Shown: piece by piece, positions 26,873 through 40,341 of the stretch
Numbering within the stretch: the first letter of the stretch is position 1
Layout of the letters: each line of letters opens with the position of its first letter
The notes under the pieces: generated by a model
Told to the model about the DNA's origin: nothing
The model's input: only the letters and a program-made list of their open reading frames with translations
Databases searched by the model: none
Position numbers and translations under genes: made by a program
From: Octopus sinensis
Taxonomy: Eukaryota
Direction: 5' to 3'
Assembly (NCBI RefSeq): GCF_006345805.1
Contig: NC_043011.1
Coordinates: forward strand, 37,274,464 to 37,338,463
Length of the DNA: 64,000 bases

Positions 26873-27830
26873 TTCTGTCTTTGTCTTGTCATTCTCACAC
26901 AAAATAATCTACAATTAAGCAATGAATGAGATGCCCATTAGATAAAGAAATAGATATATTTATTTCTCCGTTTCACTCAGGCACACAAAATTCTCTAAAC
27001 TCCCTAACAACGTACAAGGTCCTTTTCGTTTCCATAGAGATAGGGGACATTATTTAGTTTTCAAATGCGTGTTGAACACTGTTATGCAAAAATAAATTTT
27101 TAAGCCCTACGTTATCAAATCCTAGCTTTTGATTGTGTTAAATATTAATACATACTGGTGCATTAAGTCTCACATCAGGACAAACTACTTTTATTCGATA
27201 CTACATCATATACCAGTAACAAAAACAACTCCATTATAGGCAGTCACCTTAGCCGCTACTACTCCCAGCTAGTCATGCACCTTATTCCCACACGGTGACA
27301 TCTACGGCCACAAATCAATATTTTAATATGATTAACGCTGCTATCACACTCGCTGGACAAACCAGGGTCACTGCTCCATTAACAATCTATGTAAACTCAT
27401 ATTTCTCAAATCTATTCTTCTGACAATAGGCCTCTAAGCATGAAATAGAAAGATTGCTTAATTATTGTGATTGTATTGTTAGAAACTCTCTTCCTTTCCT
27501 TTTACGCTTGTTATTTAACCATCATTGGTATATATATATATATATATATATATATCAAAATGATGTGTTATAATACTATTCCACAACCATTACAACAATC
27601 CAATAATACACTTCTATATATACAAAAACAGCCATACCAACAATCCATCATACTTCCATCATCAGCTACCCTACGGATATCATTACGGTTTCGACGCCTG
27701 GGCACTTCCATTCAATCCGGTGGTACCAACAGCACTAAAATAAATTTTGCTTGGGAACAAACAAGCCAAAGAAAGCAAATCTTTCAAACCCATTTACCCT
27801 ATGTACAGCCGCATCGGTATATACATTCAA

Positions 27831-28064
27831 GAAGGCGGAGAGCTGGCAGAAACGTTAGCACATCGGGCGAAATGCTTAGCGGTATTTCGTCTGCCGTTAC
27901 GTTGTGAGTTCAAATTCCGCGGAGGTCGACTTTATCTTTCATCCTTTCGGGGTCGATAAATTAAGTACCAGTTACGCTCTGGGGTCGATGTAATCGACTT
28001 AATACTTATGTCTGTCCTTGTTTGTCCCCTCTATGTTTAGCCCCTTGTGGGTAATAAAGAAATA
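27831..28064 (+). mobile_element. tRNA-derived SINE family B with perfect 15-bp TSD
   Basis: Head ggcggagagctggcagaaacgttagca...gagttcaaattcc and central ctttcatcctttcggggtcgataaattaagtaccag. TSD ggtatatacattcaa at 27816-30 and 28065-79. Other copies at ~2940-3115(-), 3572-3780(-), 20795-21000(+), 21221-21425(+), 54010-54195(-) and 58400-58590(-). Confidence 0.85.
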
Positions 28065-28267
28065 GGTATATACATTCAATAAGTAAATTACAACCAACTC
28101 CTAAATACTTAATTAAAGAGCGACAAATCTATTAAGTCATACAAATATAATCCCTAGCGTCTGATTTAGTATAATACAAGAGTGAAAGCTTAATAACCAA
28201 GTTCATTCATCCAATCAATTTATAGGCAGTATTAAACACTAACTTTAATTATATATATATATGTATG

Positions 28268-28299
<32 letters not shown>

Positions 28300-28350
28300 A
28301 CCAGGGATTTATTGCAATATATATATATACATATATATATACATAATATA

Positions 28351-28393
<43 letters not shown>

Positions 28394-28437
28394 CATATTA
28401 ATAATTATATACAAATTATAACAAAGGATTTATTGTA

Positions 28438-28484
<47 letters not shown>

Positions 28485-28592
28485 ATATTTACATCATACG
28501 CACACACATATATAGAAAGACCGGTAGATAGATAGATACATACATACATACATACATACACACATACACACATACATACATACATACATACA

Positions 28593-28624
<32 letters not shown>

Positions 28625-28809
28625 GATGATGGGGTGACTACGTATCTGCTATATTTCATTAAACGATGTTTATCTTCTTGATTTATCGATTGTTTTAGAA
28701 TTTTCCCATTTAAACGTTGCAGTTGGCTTCGAACGTTTTATTCCTAAATTCATATCAGACATTTCCAGAATCCCGAATCAGAAATATCACAGATAAACTA
28801 TATATATAT

Positions 28810-28828
28810 ATAAACTGGGGAATTCAGA

Positions 28829-28865
<37 letters not shown>

Positions 28866-28897
28866 GTACATATATATATATGAATTCCCCAGTTTAT
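28810..28897. mobile_element. 88-bp micro-MITE / foldback with microsatellite interior
   Basis: 17-bp perfect inverted repeat ataaactggggaattca / tgaattccccagtttat around a (CA)n(TA)n core. Confidence 0.55.
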
Positions 28898-29999
28898 TCA
28901 TGGATTCGCAGAGGATAACTTATATAGCAACTGAACATATTGAACTTCAACTAGTGACATGTATCGCAGATATATGTCCGTGGACTTCCAATGTCATTTG
29001 TGTCATCTGGGAAGCCAGATATATGAGAATTAGTGTTGGGGACATTTTTTAATCTATGTTCGCAATTTGAGGCTAATTCAGTTGCCATTAGTTTATATTG
29101 CGGCTGTAATCCTTCTATGTAGCTCCAGGTAGTTCTAAATCTTGGAGCTTCGATCAAACATTCTGTATCAATAAACACATGTAATTATAATGGATTATTA
29201 AGTGTTATGTTCACAGGATTTATAATCTTGAGCACGTTGAGAATTTATCAAGGGTTGCATTAAAGAAAGGGGATTACAAATTGAAAGAGAGTTGACTGAT
29301 AATTCTAGCTTGTCATTTCACGTAGGTTTAGACAAATAAATTGTAATTCAATCTAAACGGTTAGATCGGAAAGCAATGAAAAAACTACAAACTGAACGCT
29401 GTCTATCTGCAAACTTAACTTCAGTCAACAATATGATATATTGTATAATATTATAAACATTGCCAATATTATGATGCAGTAATGTTATGAAAACAAAAGA
29501 AAATCTTTTTACATATACTTATTAAGCTAGAATATCTGTGGACGAAATTAAAATATGTGTAAGTTTTAAATCATAAGTGAACATAGCTAAAAGAAAGTAG
29601 ATTTAAGAGGTAAGAATCATAAATAATAAAACTTTATTCACACAGCAATGCAATTACTCAATAAATTTCAAATGGAATTTAAATACCTTTTAGAGTGTGT
29701 TTTCAATAAGTTTAATTTATTTTCTGCTTCACATATTTGAGCAGAGAATAACCAATATTTCAAATGCACTATAAAACCGTCTGAGGATAATGTCAGGCTT
29801 GGTGATATTATTCATAAATATAATTCTTATATATATCGTGGAAATAAAATAAATGTTGTCACAAGTGAAGGTTACGATTTATTCCTGCAATTGAATATAA
29901 ATACACACACGCACACACACACATATATATATTTATGTGTATATATATATTATGTACGTATATATGTATGTAAATATATGTATATATATATATTGTATG

Positions 30000-30087
<88 letters not shown>

Positions 30088-30129
30088 GTGTGTGTGTGTG
30101 TGTGTTGTATATGCTGGATAATAAAAGCA

Positions 30130-30368
30130 CCACTCACCATATTTAGTTGCAATTATACTAACGGGTGCTGGAAAGTTGTCGACTTTAGAGGTATTGTGAA
30201 AAACCTGGTTGGAAGTTCAGTCTACCGAATTCTTCTACATGGCTTCGAAAACCTGATGGGCCGCTGCAATACGTTTGTGAATCAAAGAGGGGTATATGTT
30301 CAATAAAATCACAATTAACTGATCCACCTGTATTTTCTTTTTATCAAATACAAGAATTTCCAGCACAC
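30130..30368 (+). mobile_element. Mariner transposon 3' end relic
   Basis: LLHGFENLMGRCNTFVNQRGVYVQ* is a mariner C-terminus. It is followed by a 3' sequence homologous to the MITE at 43213-43436. Confidence 0.7.
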
Positions 30369-31565
30369 TCACAGTTTCATTCGTCTCACGGGTTTCAAGG
30401 GTATAGAACAAATCCAAATCTGACTACCAACCTTTAGCGGTTGATAATCAGATTAAACAACAATTTAAATACCATTTAAATTGGCTTCTAGTTGTGAGCA
30501 TTTAGGCTTCTACTGATCAGTTTTTAGCCACATGTGTTCATGGAGAATCCCCATGTAGTAAATGAGACAAGATGTTGGTGTTAGTCGGCATCCTGTTAAG
30601 TCTGAAATTCCCAGGCTAGACGCTACGAGTAGTAAAGCGCACTGATTGTTGGCATTAATTAATCACCCTTCTGTTAATGGTGATATTTCACCGACAACAA
30701 TTTAAGAGTAGATAGAAACACGACTTTATTTTATAGGTTACATACGAATTAGCATGACGAGCCTAAGAAGTTGTAAACTGTAGTCTATATGAACAGCAGG
30801 GATTATTTACCAAGTGTTGTATGTGGGTCATTTTAGGAGGTTATATATGCGGGTTCTCAGCGGTTAATGACTTAAAGTTCTTTACGATGTGGTAAAAATA
30901 AAATAAGTCTGTCTTCCCATTGGACGTTACTGCCGGTTGGCCGAGAATAAACGTTTTGATGCAGAGTCGTTATTGGAAATTAAGAGTTTCAGTTCAGCAA
31001 GAATTGCCTCTGTCAACGATGATGTTGAGGATGTCGTTTTGTTGTTTCCGAAGATCCCACGTGAAACTCAACGGGAAGAATGCCTATTGCCTATGCATAC
31101 TAATGAAGATATGCACGTGTTTCGTCAAACCAGCGTAATGTTTCGAGATGATATCGGATGGTGTTAGTTAGGATGGTTGTAGAAACTACAGAAATCTTAG
31201 GGAGACGATCCTGTAAAAGACCAATTAAATGTGAACAAATACAGTGCAGGCTTTCCGGTGAAACCTGCATTGACGCTTGCTTATTTCTCTCATAACGTAC
31301 AATGCTGGAAGCCATATTTTCTAATCATGACTAACCAATCTTAACATTATGGAAATTATGATGTTGCTGGTATTATTGAATATGTTCTAATTAATGTTGG
31401 AATGCTCCTAGAGATGGAAAAATTGAATAAGTGATTGAGTTGGAGAGTTTGGATTTTCAATGAATATAAACTGCTTTCTCGTTGATATTTCTGTAGGGGG
31501 CAGTACCTGTCTGTCTCGACGTAAAGCGCTACTTCTTGCAAGTCGATCTTTCTTGCGTTGGTAGT

Positions 31566-31948
31566 GGGAAGCACTCCGTCGGTTACGATGACGAGGGTTC
31601 CGGTTGATCCGAATCAACGGAATAGCCTGCTCGTGAAATTAACGGGTAAGTGGCTGAGCACTCCACAGACACGTGTACCCTTAACGTAGTTCTCGGGGAT
31701 ATTCAGCGTGACACAGAGAGTGACAAGGCTGGCTCTTTGAAATAAAGGTACAACAGAAACAGGAAGTAAGAGTGAGAGAAACTTATGGTGAAAGAGTACA
31801 GCAGGGATCATCACCATCCCCTGCCGGAGCCTCGTGGGGCTTTAGGTGTTTTCGCTAAATAAACACTCACAACGCCCGGTCTGGGAATCGAAACCGCGAT
31901 CCTATGACCGCGAGTCCGCTGCCCTAACCACTGGGCCATTGCGCCTCC
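31566..31948 (-). mobile_element. tRNA-derived SINE family C (head C + tail 2) with 12-bp TSD
   Basis: Head ggaggcgcaatggcccagtggttagg...ggtttcgattccc. TSD tgcgttggtagt at 31554-65 and 31949-60. Confidence 0.85.
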
Positions 31949-32056
31949 TGCGTTGGTAGTAACAGTTATAGTGAGGCTAAATTTAAGAATTATTACAGCG
32001 TAATGATTCATACGGCTTCAGATCACCAAGGCCTCATCAATGTACATCCCTGAACA

Positions 32057-32378
32057 GGTGCGTGGCTTAGTGATTAGGGTATTCGGCTCGCGATCGTAAG
32101 GTCGTGAGCTCAGTTCCCGGCGACGCGTTGTGTCCTTGAGTAAGACACTTTATTTCCCGTTGCTCCAGTCCACTCAGTTGGCCAAAATGAGTTGTACCTG
32201 TAATTCAAAGAGCCAGCCTTGTTACACTCTGTGTGACGCTGTATCTCACTGAGAACTACGTTAAGGGTAAACGTGTCTGTGGGGTGCTCGGCCACTTGCA
32301 CATTTAATTTCACAAGCAAGCTGTTCCGTTGATCGTATCAGCAGGGACCCTCCTCGTCGTCATAACCGACGTAGTGCT
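32057..32378 (+). mobile_element. tRNA-derived SINE family D (head D + tail 2)
   Basis: Head ggtgcgtggcttagtgattaggg... and central tgtgtccttgagtaagacactttatt..ccagtccactcag. 32191-32378 matches the reverse complement of 31571-31754. Confidence 0.85.
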
Positions 32379-33246
32379 CCTTTGTTTGTAGATGCAACCA
32401 GCAAATGAGAGCTTATAGGTCCAGCACGGAGCACACACATTGATGGACAATCGAAATTGAGAAAGAAATACTGTGCGTGCGTGCGTGTGTGTGTGTGTGA
32501 GTGTGTGTGAGTGTGTGTGAGTGTGTGTGTGTGTGTGTGCGTGTGTGTGTGTGTAAATGTATATGTATGCCGTATTAATTGACGATTTAATGTTTTGTTG
32601 TATGATTAGCGTTGGTACAGGTGTGCCTGCGTTCATCTGTGCGATCGTGAGTATGCGTGGTGTATTTGCATATATATATGGTATATCCGAGTCTAATGTG
32701 GGTGCGAGTGTTTGTATTGTGCTAAGTACGTGTTCCTTAAGGATATTACGCATGCGTATACGCCATCACAGAGGAATTGCGTTGTATGTGAAACCCTGTG
32801 TAAGCGTGCATATATTGTCGTGTATATTGTATGTGTGATTTAGTGGTAGTGGGCATTTGCGCTGGTTGGGTTCTTTGATATCAGTTGATATATGCGCGAG
32901 CGTACGCAATGGTGGTTGCGTTTATATGCGTCTATACTACAAACGAGTGTGGAAATGTTATATATGTATGAAAACATAGAAAGTCAGACAAAGACACACA
33001 CACACACACACACACACACATTCATATTTAAATGTTTCTCTCAATTATTTTAAAAGAAGCATGTGACGAAAGTATTAAGAAGCGAGTAAACATTGTTCAG
33101 ATACGTATTCCTATTCTCTGCATGCAATGTCGAAATGTTTAAGTAATACCAGTTATTTCTATAGTATAGATAGAGAGCTATAATTGCGTCTGAAGGATCG
33201 TATATAGACGCATAAATACGCACACGAAATACATGCAATTATACCT

Positions 33247-33279
<33 letters not shown>

Positions 33280-33392
33280 TATGTGACAAGGTTTCAAGAA
33301 GCAGAATAGCAATCAATTAGCTAAGAGATTAAAGGCAATATTATAATAAAAACCACACGTCTTAACAATAATTGTGGCTTATATATATATAT

Positions 33393-33433
<41 letters not shown>

Positions 33434-34029
33434 TATATATATATATATATATATATATACGTCCAGATATTTGCAATTCCTTTCTGCAATAAAGTCTATC
33501 CTTTCATATGGAAAATTAATGGCTAAGAATCTTTATGAAATAGTGAAATATATGATTATTTTAAAGAATATATTTCGGTAAGGCGTTTATTTCCTACATG
33601 TTGCAATTTGGATGGAATATAATCCTCATTTCCATTTTTCTTTTTTTTTCTTCTTTTGGTTCCTTTCCGTATCCGTTTCTTCAATTTTCTTTTACTTTTA
33701 TTTATGATTTTTTTTTCAAGCCTTGCTATCTTTTTTTTTTTTGTTTTCTTTTATATAGTTTGCTTGTTTCTTATTTGAAATTATTTTGCATTCTTTGTAA
33801 AGAGTTTTCCTTTCAATTTATTCCTTAAACAATTCGTATTCAACACAAGCCCGCTAAACTGATCAAGCTATTAATCATGGTTCACTTTTTAAAAATTCCT
33901 TTATTGTTTCCGACGAAATCAAATAACTATGATTTTTGAAGTCTTTCTAATTATTTACCGATTCATATATTCGTATATTTATTATTACTGTTGTTGTTGT
34001 TGCCGTTGTTGTTGTTGTTGTTATTGTTG

Positions 34030-34069
<40 letters not shown>

Positions 34070-34083
34070 CATTATTATTATTA

Positions 34084-34120
<37 letters not shown>

Positions 34121-34659
34121 TTAGTCCACCATTCACCTCCTTTTCCCCCTCTCTCTCTTTGTATCTATCGCTGTCTTTCCTTCTCTCTCCCTTTCTGCTC
34201 TCACTCTCTCTCTCTTTCTCTCTCTCTTTCTCACTCTCTTCCCACTTTCTCTTTCTCACTCTTATTTCGTTAAATCCCTTTCCAGAAATAAATCTTTAGA
34301 AACTGATAGCTTAATGAAAACTTTTGAAATTATCTGCATGTAACAAAACAATAAGTTGGATTATGCGTTCTGCATTATAAAAGTATTCCAGCTGTATAAA
34401 TGCGAAAAATTACCATTCCATGCAACAAAAGCTTTTTGATTTCTTTTACATGAAAAGATATTACTCAATGCTTAAGATCTACAGCAATATATTTTAATTT
34501 ATTTACATTGCAATGAAACAAAAAAATCAGAAAGGTGATAATCAAATACTTCAATTTGATTCGAAGAAGGGAGTTACAATTAACAAAAAATATTCTTAAT
34601 AAGCGAAATATTGCAACACGACTATAAAGTATTTTTATACTCTTTCTCACTTTAATCTT

Positions 34660-35015
34660 TTACTTGTTTCAGTCATTTGACTGTGGCCATGCTGGAACAC
34701 CGCCTTTAGTCGAGCACATCGACCCCTCCAGGACTTATTCTTTGTAAGCCTAGTACTTATTCTATCGGTCACTTTTGCCGAACCGCTAAGTTACGGGTCC
34801 GTAAACACACCAGCATCGGTTGTCAAGCGATGTTGGGGGGACAAACACAGACACACAAACATACGCACACACACATATATATATATATATACATACTACG
34901 AGCTTCTTTCAGTTTCCGTCTACCAAATGCATTCAGAAGGCTATAGTACAAGACACTTGCACAAGGTGCCACGGAGTGGAACTGAACCCGGGACCATGTA
35001 ATTCATAAGCAAGCT
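34660..35015 (-). mobile_element. SINE family A copy
   Basis: Reverse-complement match to the family consensus. Confidence 0.85.
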
Positions 35016-35399
35016 ACTATATTTCATAAAATTTGTTATATAGACAGTACAAAGATTGTGTAGCTTTGCGGGCGTGACAAACATATTAATGAATGAAAAT
35101 GAAATAAAATGAATAAATGGGAGACGAAACCCAACACCCGCCGATTGGATTTTTCTCGAAAACATACTTTCTTTTTTTTAAAAAAAACAATATGAGGTTT
35201 CAAGCCTCTTACAAGAAGGAGGCACTAAAACCTCTTATTTAACATGTTTTTTTAAACACACAATTGAGGTTATAAACCACTACAAATAATACTATAAGAT
35301 GAGGTTTCAAACCCTCTAACGATACTTTTTTTACCTCCTTCTCATCGTTATATCCATCGATATATTCATCATTATCTTCAATACCGCTTGAGTTCCTGT

Positions 35400-36330
35400 A
35401 TCCCACCAATTCCTATGCCTCACTCATGTAGGACATCTAAGTCATTCCAGTGTAAGGGCCACCTGGCCATATGCGACACTCCTCCCCAAATCCTTTAAGC
35501 CTTTCCCACAAGAAAACCTTATGACCCACAGCTATCTGCGAAGGCCATTCGGTATCCCGTGTGAAAGGCATATTTACAGTCTCTTTCTGTTCTTCTATTT
35601 TTCCACCTCCCCGCCCTTGTAGAAAAAGATAATTACTTGATCATCTTTAAAGGTGGGGGTCGTTTCTTCCACCGTGGGTGGCACAACTTCGGGACATGCA
35701 GACGGCACATCATCTCCCCCCTGCGATGACCCGTTCTTCTTTCTGTTTGTCTTTTCTTCCTGAATTCGGGAGAGTGGAGCTCTTCCGCTTTGTCCGGAGT
35801 CTCTCCCCCACCTCCTGAAGCCTTAGGGTCCTTCGGCGGGCAACAATAGTTGCCCGCCTTCTTCCTTTTTAATCTCTTTGGGTCGAGGAGGCTTCAGCCT
35901 CCTCAACCACAACCACCTCTCCTTTTGACCGAGTAGAGGAGGTGGCATCGAGTGTCTGTTCCAGGACCTTACCATGGTCCTTGGGGCATTTCTTTTTAAT
36001 GTGGTCCGGCTGCAGGCACAAGTGACACTGGTGGGTGGTCGTCCCTCAAGTATCACCGGAAACCTGCAGCCAGCCATTTAAAAAGACATCTTGAAATACC
36101 AGACCTGTTGCGGCCGATGGGTTCCACAGGGTCAAAATCGCTTTGACCCTTCCCAAACGACCGCCGGCAATACCCTTATATTTAAGAGCCTGGGCCCGCT
36201 ATCCCCCAGTCCCCGTCGGATGGTAGCTTCAATCCAACCCGCCTCGAGTCGTAATGCTTATTTTTCTAATAGCTTCTTTCCTCGAACTGCTGCACTATCA
36301 TCGTCCTGTTTTGATGTCTATAATATTCAG
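35400..36330 (-). pseudogene. L1/Tx1-like LINE ORF1 relic with CCHC zinc knuckle
   Basis: LEAGWIEATIRRGLG...RFPVILEGRPP (frameshift) CHLCLQPDHIKKKCP, a CX2CX4HX4C knuckle at 35986-36027. GC-richer than the flanks. Confidence 0.6.
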
Positions 36331-36765
36331 TCCTTTAAGCTTTCTGACAACGACACCTTTAAATGAAGTTGTAGGCCTCTTCTTTTCTTTCTTAGTAGGT
36401 AGGGCATTGCGCTAGAGTGATCTCAAGTGTTGTTTGGGGCAAAAATCGCCGAGAAAGAACTTGTCTGTGATAAATATCTGGTAGATCATATTATTCTATG
36501 TGGTGGTGAATTTGTAGAGGAGAAAGTAGTTGACATTATTCATACCAGTTTTCCATGTCCTACGTTCAAATCATAACGTCTTCAGCTTTATTTACCTTAC
36601 ATCATTTTGCAGTTGATAAATAAATCGGTAAATAATATACCACAATTGTTCTGACGTCTATTTCCCTACCTCTCTCTCTCTCTCCTCTCTATATATATAT
36701 ATATATATATATATGAAAAAACAAGTCAAGATAGAAAATGCTAAAATAATTTATAAAGAACATTT

Positions 36766-36800
36766 CAGTACCGGTTTCCGTCATTTTGAGACCTTTTCAA

Positions 36801-36803
<3 letters not shown>
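36766..36803 (-). ncRNA. Minimal hammerhead-like motif, C3U/G8A variant, probably PLE-derived
   Basis: Minus strand: cag-TTGAAAA-ggtc tcaaaat gacg-GAAA-ccgg-TA-ctg. Has the palindromic CCGG stem III replacement typical of minimal PLE hammerheads. One G-G mismatch at the base of stem II. Lies in a ~90-nt insert (36714-36805) flanked by (TA)n on both sides. Confidence 0.55.
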
Positions 36804-36854
<51 letters not shown>

Positions 36855-36859
<5 letters not shown>

Positions 36860-37155
36860 TTAAACTAACTCTACGTGTCACTCTCTCTCTCTCTGTGTAC
36901 GTGTCTTTTAAACTAACTCTACGTGTCACTCTCTCTCTCTGTGTACGTGTCTTTTAAACTAACTCTACGTGTCACTTTCTCTCCCTCTCTCTCTCTACGT
37001 GTCTTTTAAACAATCTCTAAGTGCCACACCCTATGTCTCACTGTCCCTGTCTCTGTCTCTCTCTACGTGTCTTTTAAACTAACTCTACGTGATACTCTCT
37101 CTCTCTATATATATATATATATACGTGTCTTTTAAACTACCTCTACGTGTCACTC
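36855..37155 (+). repeat. Compound minisatellite, 6 units
   Basis: Unit core acgtgtcttttaaactaactctacgtgtcact, separated by variable (CT)n/(TA)n tracts. Confidence 0.85.
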
Positions 37156-37498
37156 TCTCCCTCTATCTGTTTGTCTCTCTGTCTACCTCTGGTTCTATCT
37201 GTCTGCATCTCTCCCTCTCTCTCTTTCTCTCTACCTCTGCCTCTACCTACCTGCCTCTCTCTCTCTCTCTCTCGTTGTCTCTCTCTCTCTCGCTGTCTCT
37301 CTCTCTCTCTTTGCCTCTACCTGTCTGCGTCTCTCTTTCTCCCTCTCTCTCTTTCTGTCTACCTCAGCCTCTACCTATCTGCCTCTCTCTTTCGCTGTCT
37401 TTCTCTTTGCTTCGATCTGTCTGCTTCTCCCTCTCTCTCTCTCCCTCTCTCTCTCCTCTCTCTCTCTCTCTCTTTCTTTCGGCCTCTGCTTCAATCTG

Positions 37499-37535
<37 letters not shown>

Positions 37536-39565
37536 CACAAATCGGTTGTCATCTAACGTGGGGAAGAAAACGAAGGCAGCTCTACATATAAAAAGATACC
37601 AAAACTATTCCACGAAAATTAATAGGTCTATTTTTTCAGCATAGTAATCTGAGAAAAATACTAGTAAGGTAATTCCGTGTCAACTATATTAACGCTAAAG
37701 GAGGGTTTGACTGATATTTTTTGTACAATTACCTGCATTCATATTCCTTAAAACATATTGCCCTTCGACCACCTCATTTTGCAAATAACTTCTCCGCTAG
37801 AAAAGACGTTGGTGGATTATTCTACAGCTAACAATAATTAGAGATGCCTATGTTTGTCCTATTTTCCTTTTCGTTGAGAATTCAATGACTACTGTAGACC
37901 AATATCTTTATTTATCCTCTATTTCAGATAGCACGTTGGGATTTGAAGATGGCTGCTACATTTAACTTCTTAAATATGGAGTATCTAACTGAATAGAGCA
38001 ATAGATAATCATTTAGCGACAGGTGAGCTCTATAAAGAAAGCCTGTTGTTATTTCTCGCTTCCACCGACTATTTAGTGATTCTTGAATTTGATTCAGCAT
38101 ACATATAACATTGATATATAACATATACAATGCATCATATATATATATATATATATATAGATATATATATATATAATGTACCTCTCTCTTTCTCTCTCTC
38201 TCTGTATATATATATATAATATATATATAAATACATATATATATTTATATATACATATATATGTATATAAATAATACAACACATATATACAACGTATATA
38301 CATACATAGATATGTATATATATATACAGAGAGAGAGAGAGAGAGGGAGAAAGAAAGTGAGACATATATACTCTCTCTCTCACTTGCTCTTTCCCTCTCT
38401 CAGTCATTCTCTCTCTATACACACACAAACATATATATATAGGGAAAGAGAGAGGGAGACAGTAAGAGAGCGAGATGGAGGTAGGTAGATAGATAGATAA
38501 AGAGATAGATAAATATATAGATAGACAGACAGACAGATACATACATATATACATACATACATATATACATACATACATACATACATACATACATACATAC
38601 ATACATACTTTCACTTACACATAGACATATGTATACGTATACACATAGAAATACATGGCTTGAGAGACTGACAGACATATAGATAGATATTAATACATGT
38701 AAGTAAGAACACACCTGAAATAGATCTTGAAGCCAAAGATTATTTATTCACAAGGTTATTAAAGATAATTAGATTTATTAGGGATTATCTTCTGAAGTAC
38801 GAGACTGTAAACATACCTTTGATATTCAATTAAATGGAAGTAAATAAATACACTTTTCCTCGAGGCTAGATTATGATTTTTATCTACATAGAGATATGCG
38901 CTCATACGAATAGATATATATTTATAAATATTATTCACATTGCATATAGACATATATTCACATATATATATATATATATATATATATGCCATCATGTGAT
39001 TTGAATACATGTATATCTACACACACATATACGTATACATATACATATACATATATCATATATATATTATATATATATATTATTTATATTTATATAAATA
39101 TGTACATATGTGTGCCTACATATATTTGCCTGTAAACTTGGATGAGTGTGTATTCCAATGAAAACACAAACAGTAAATATACATTAGTATATCATCATAA
39201 AAGTGCAATTATTACTAATGTCCAACACATAATATACCCTATAGCATCTAGAAATAAGGTTATAGCTATGAGTAATTACAGGTGGCATTTATATAACATT
39301 TACACATACGACTTGCAGTTGTGTACATAAACATCGAAATATAATACCTACTTATATATTATACTTAAATAATGCTATTACATTTTGTATAGTGCCGCTA
39401 ACAAACGACACATAATTAAATGTCTGTGGAACATGAAATTTATTGAACGAAAGGAAGCAGATACGTTCTGTGTAATCGCTAATATAGACAACGCTATTAT
39501 GTTTGAAATAGGTTGGTCACATGATAGCATATGCGTGCATGCATGTTTATATATTCATGTTTGTG

Positions 39566-39599
<34 letters not shown>

Positions 39600-39717
39600 A
39601 GAGAGAGTTTACGTATAAATTCATATATACTGATATAAGTGCATATTTGCTTATAAATATACAAATATATACGTATGAAATACAGACACAGACACACATA
39701 TATATACTACACATATC

Positions 39718-39776
<59 letters not shown>

Positions 39777-40341
39777 GTAATATATTATACATGTATATAC
39801 ATACATGCATACATATTTAGGCGCAGGCGGGGCTGTATGGTTGAAGTCTTTTTCCAACCTCAAGTTCCGGGCAGACTAGAAACTTTTGGGTGGATTTTTG
39901 TGGACGGAATCTTAAAGTAGCCAGTACCATATACGCGCACGCGAGTGTGTGTTTGCTTGCTCCTGCCTGTGTACCTGCGTTTGTGTTCTCCCTCACCATC
40001 GCTTGAAAACCGGTGTTGGTTCCTTTATTTCCCTTTAGCGTTTTCGCAAAAAGTTGCCGATCGAACAACACAGAAACTGTTTTTAAAAATAAGGAACTGG
40101 AGCAGACTTGCTTGAATAAAATATTCAAGGCAAGAATCTAATGATTAAGCAATAATAAATCTCTGAACGAGATGTAAACAGTAACCGCTCGACAACGTAA
40201 AGTATAATAGCCATCACAATATGGCTAACCACTAAGGGTGGGTGTTACTGTAGCTTTTAGCCCCAGGAGATCATCGTCTCCAGCTGGCTTTAGGCACACT
40301 AATGATTGAAACATGAAAAAGTTTAAAAGAATATATATATA

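Noticed and set aside
31875-31948. tRNA gene
   Set aside because: A/B boxes are present but there is no closed cloverleaf or acceptor stem. It continues into a SINE body and has a TSD. The same applies to the other SINE heads.
36855-37155. CRISPR-like array
   Set aside because: Spacers are microsatellite tracts rather than unique sequence, repeats are degenerate, the context is eukaryotic and there are no cas genes.
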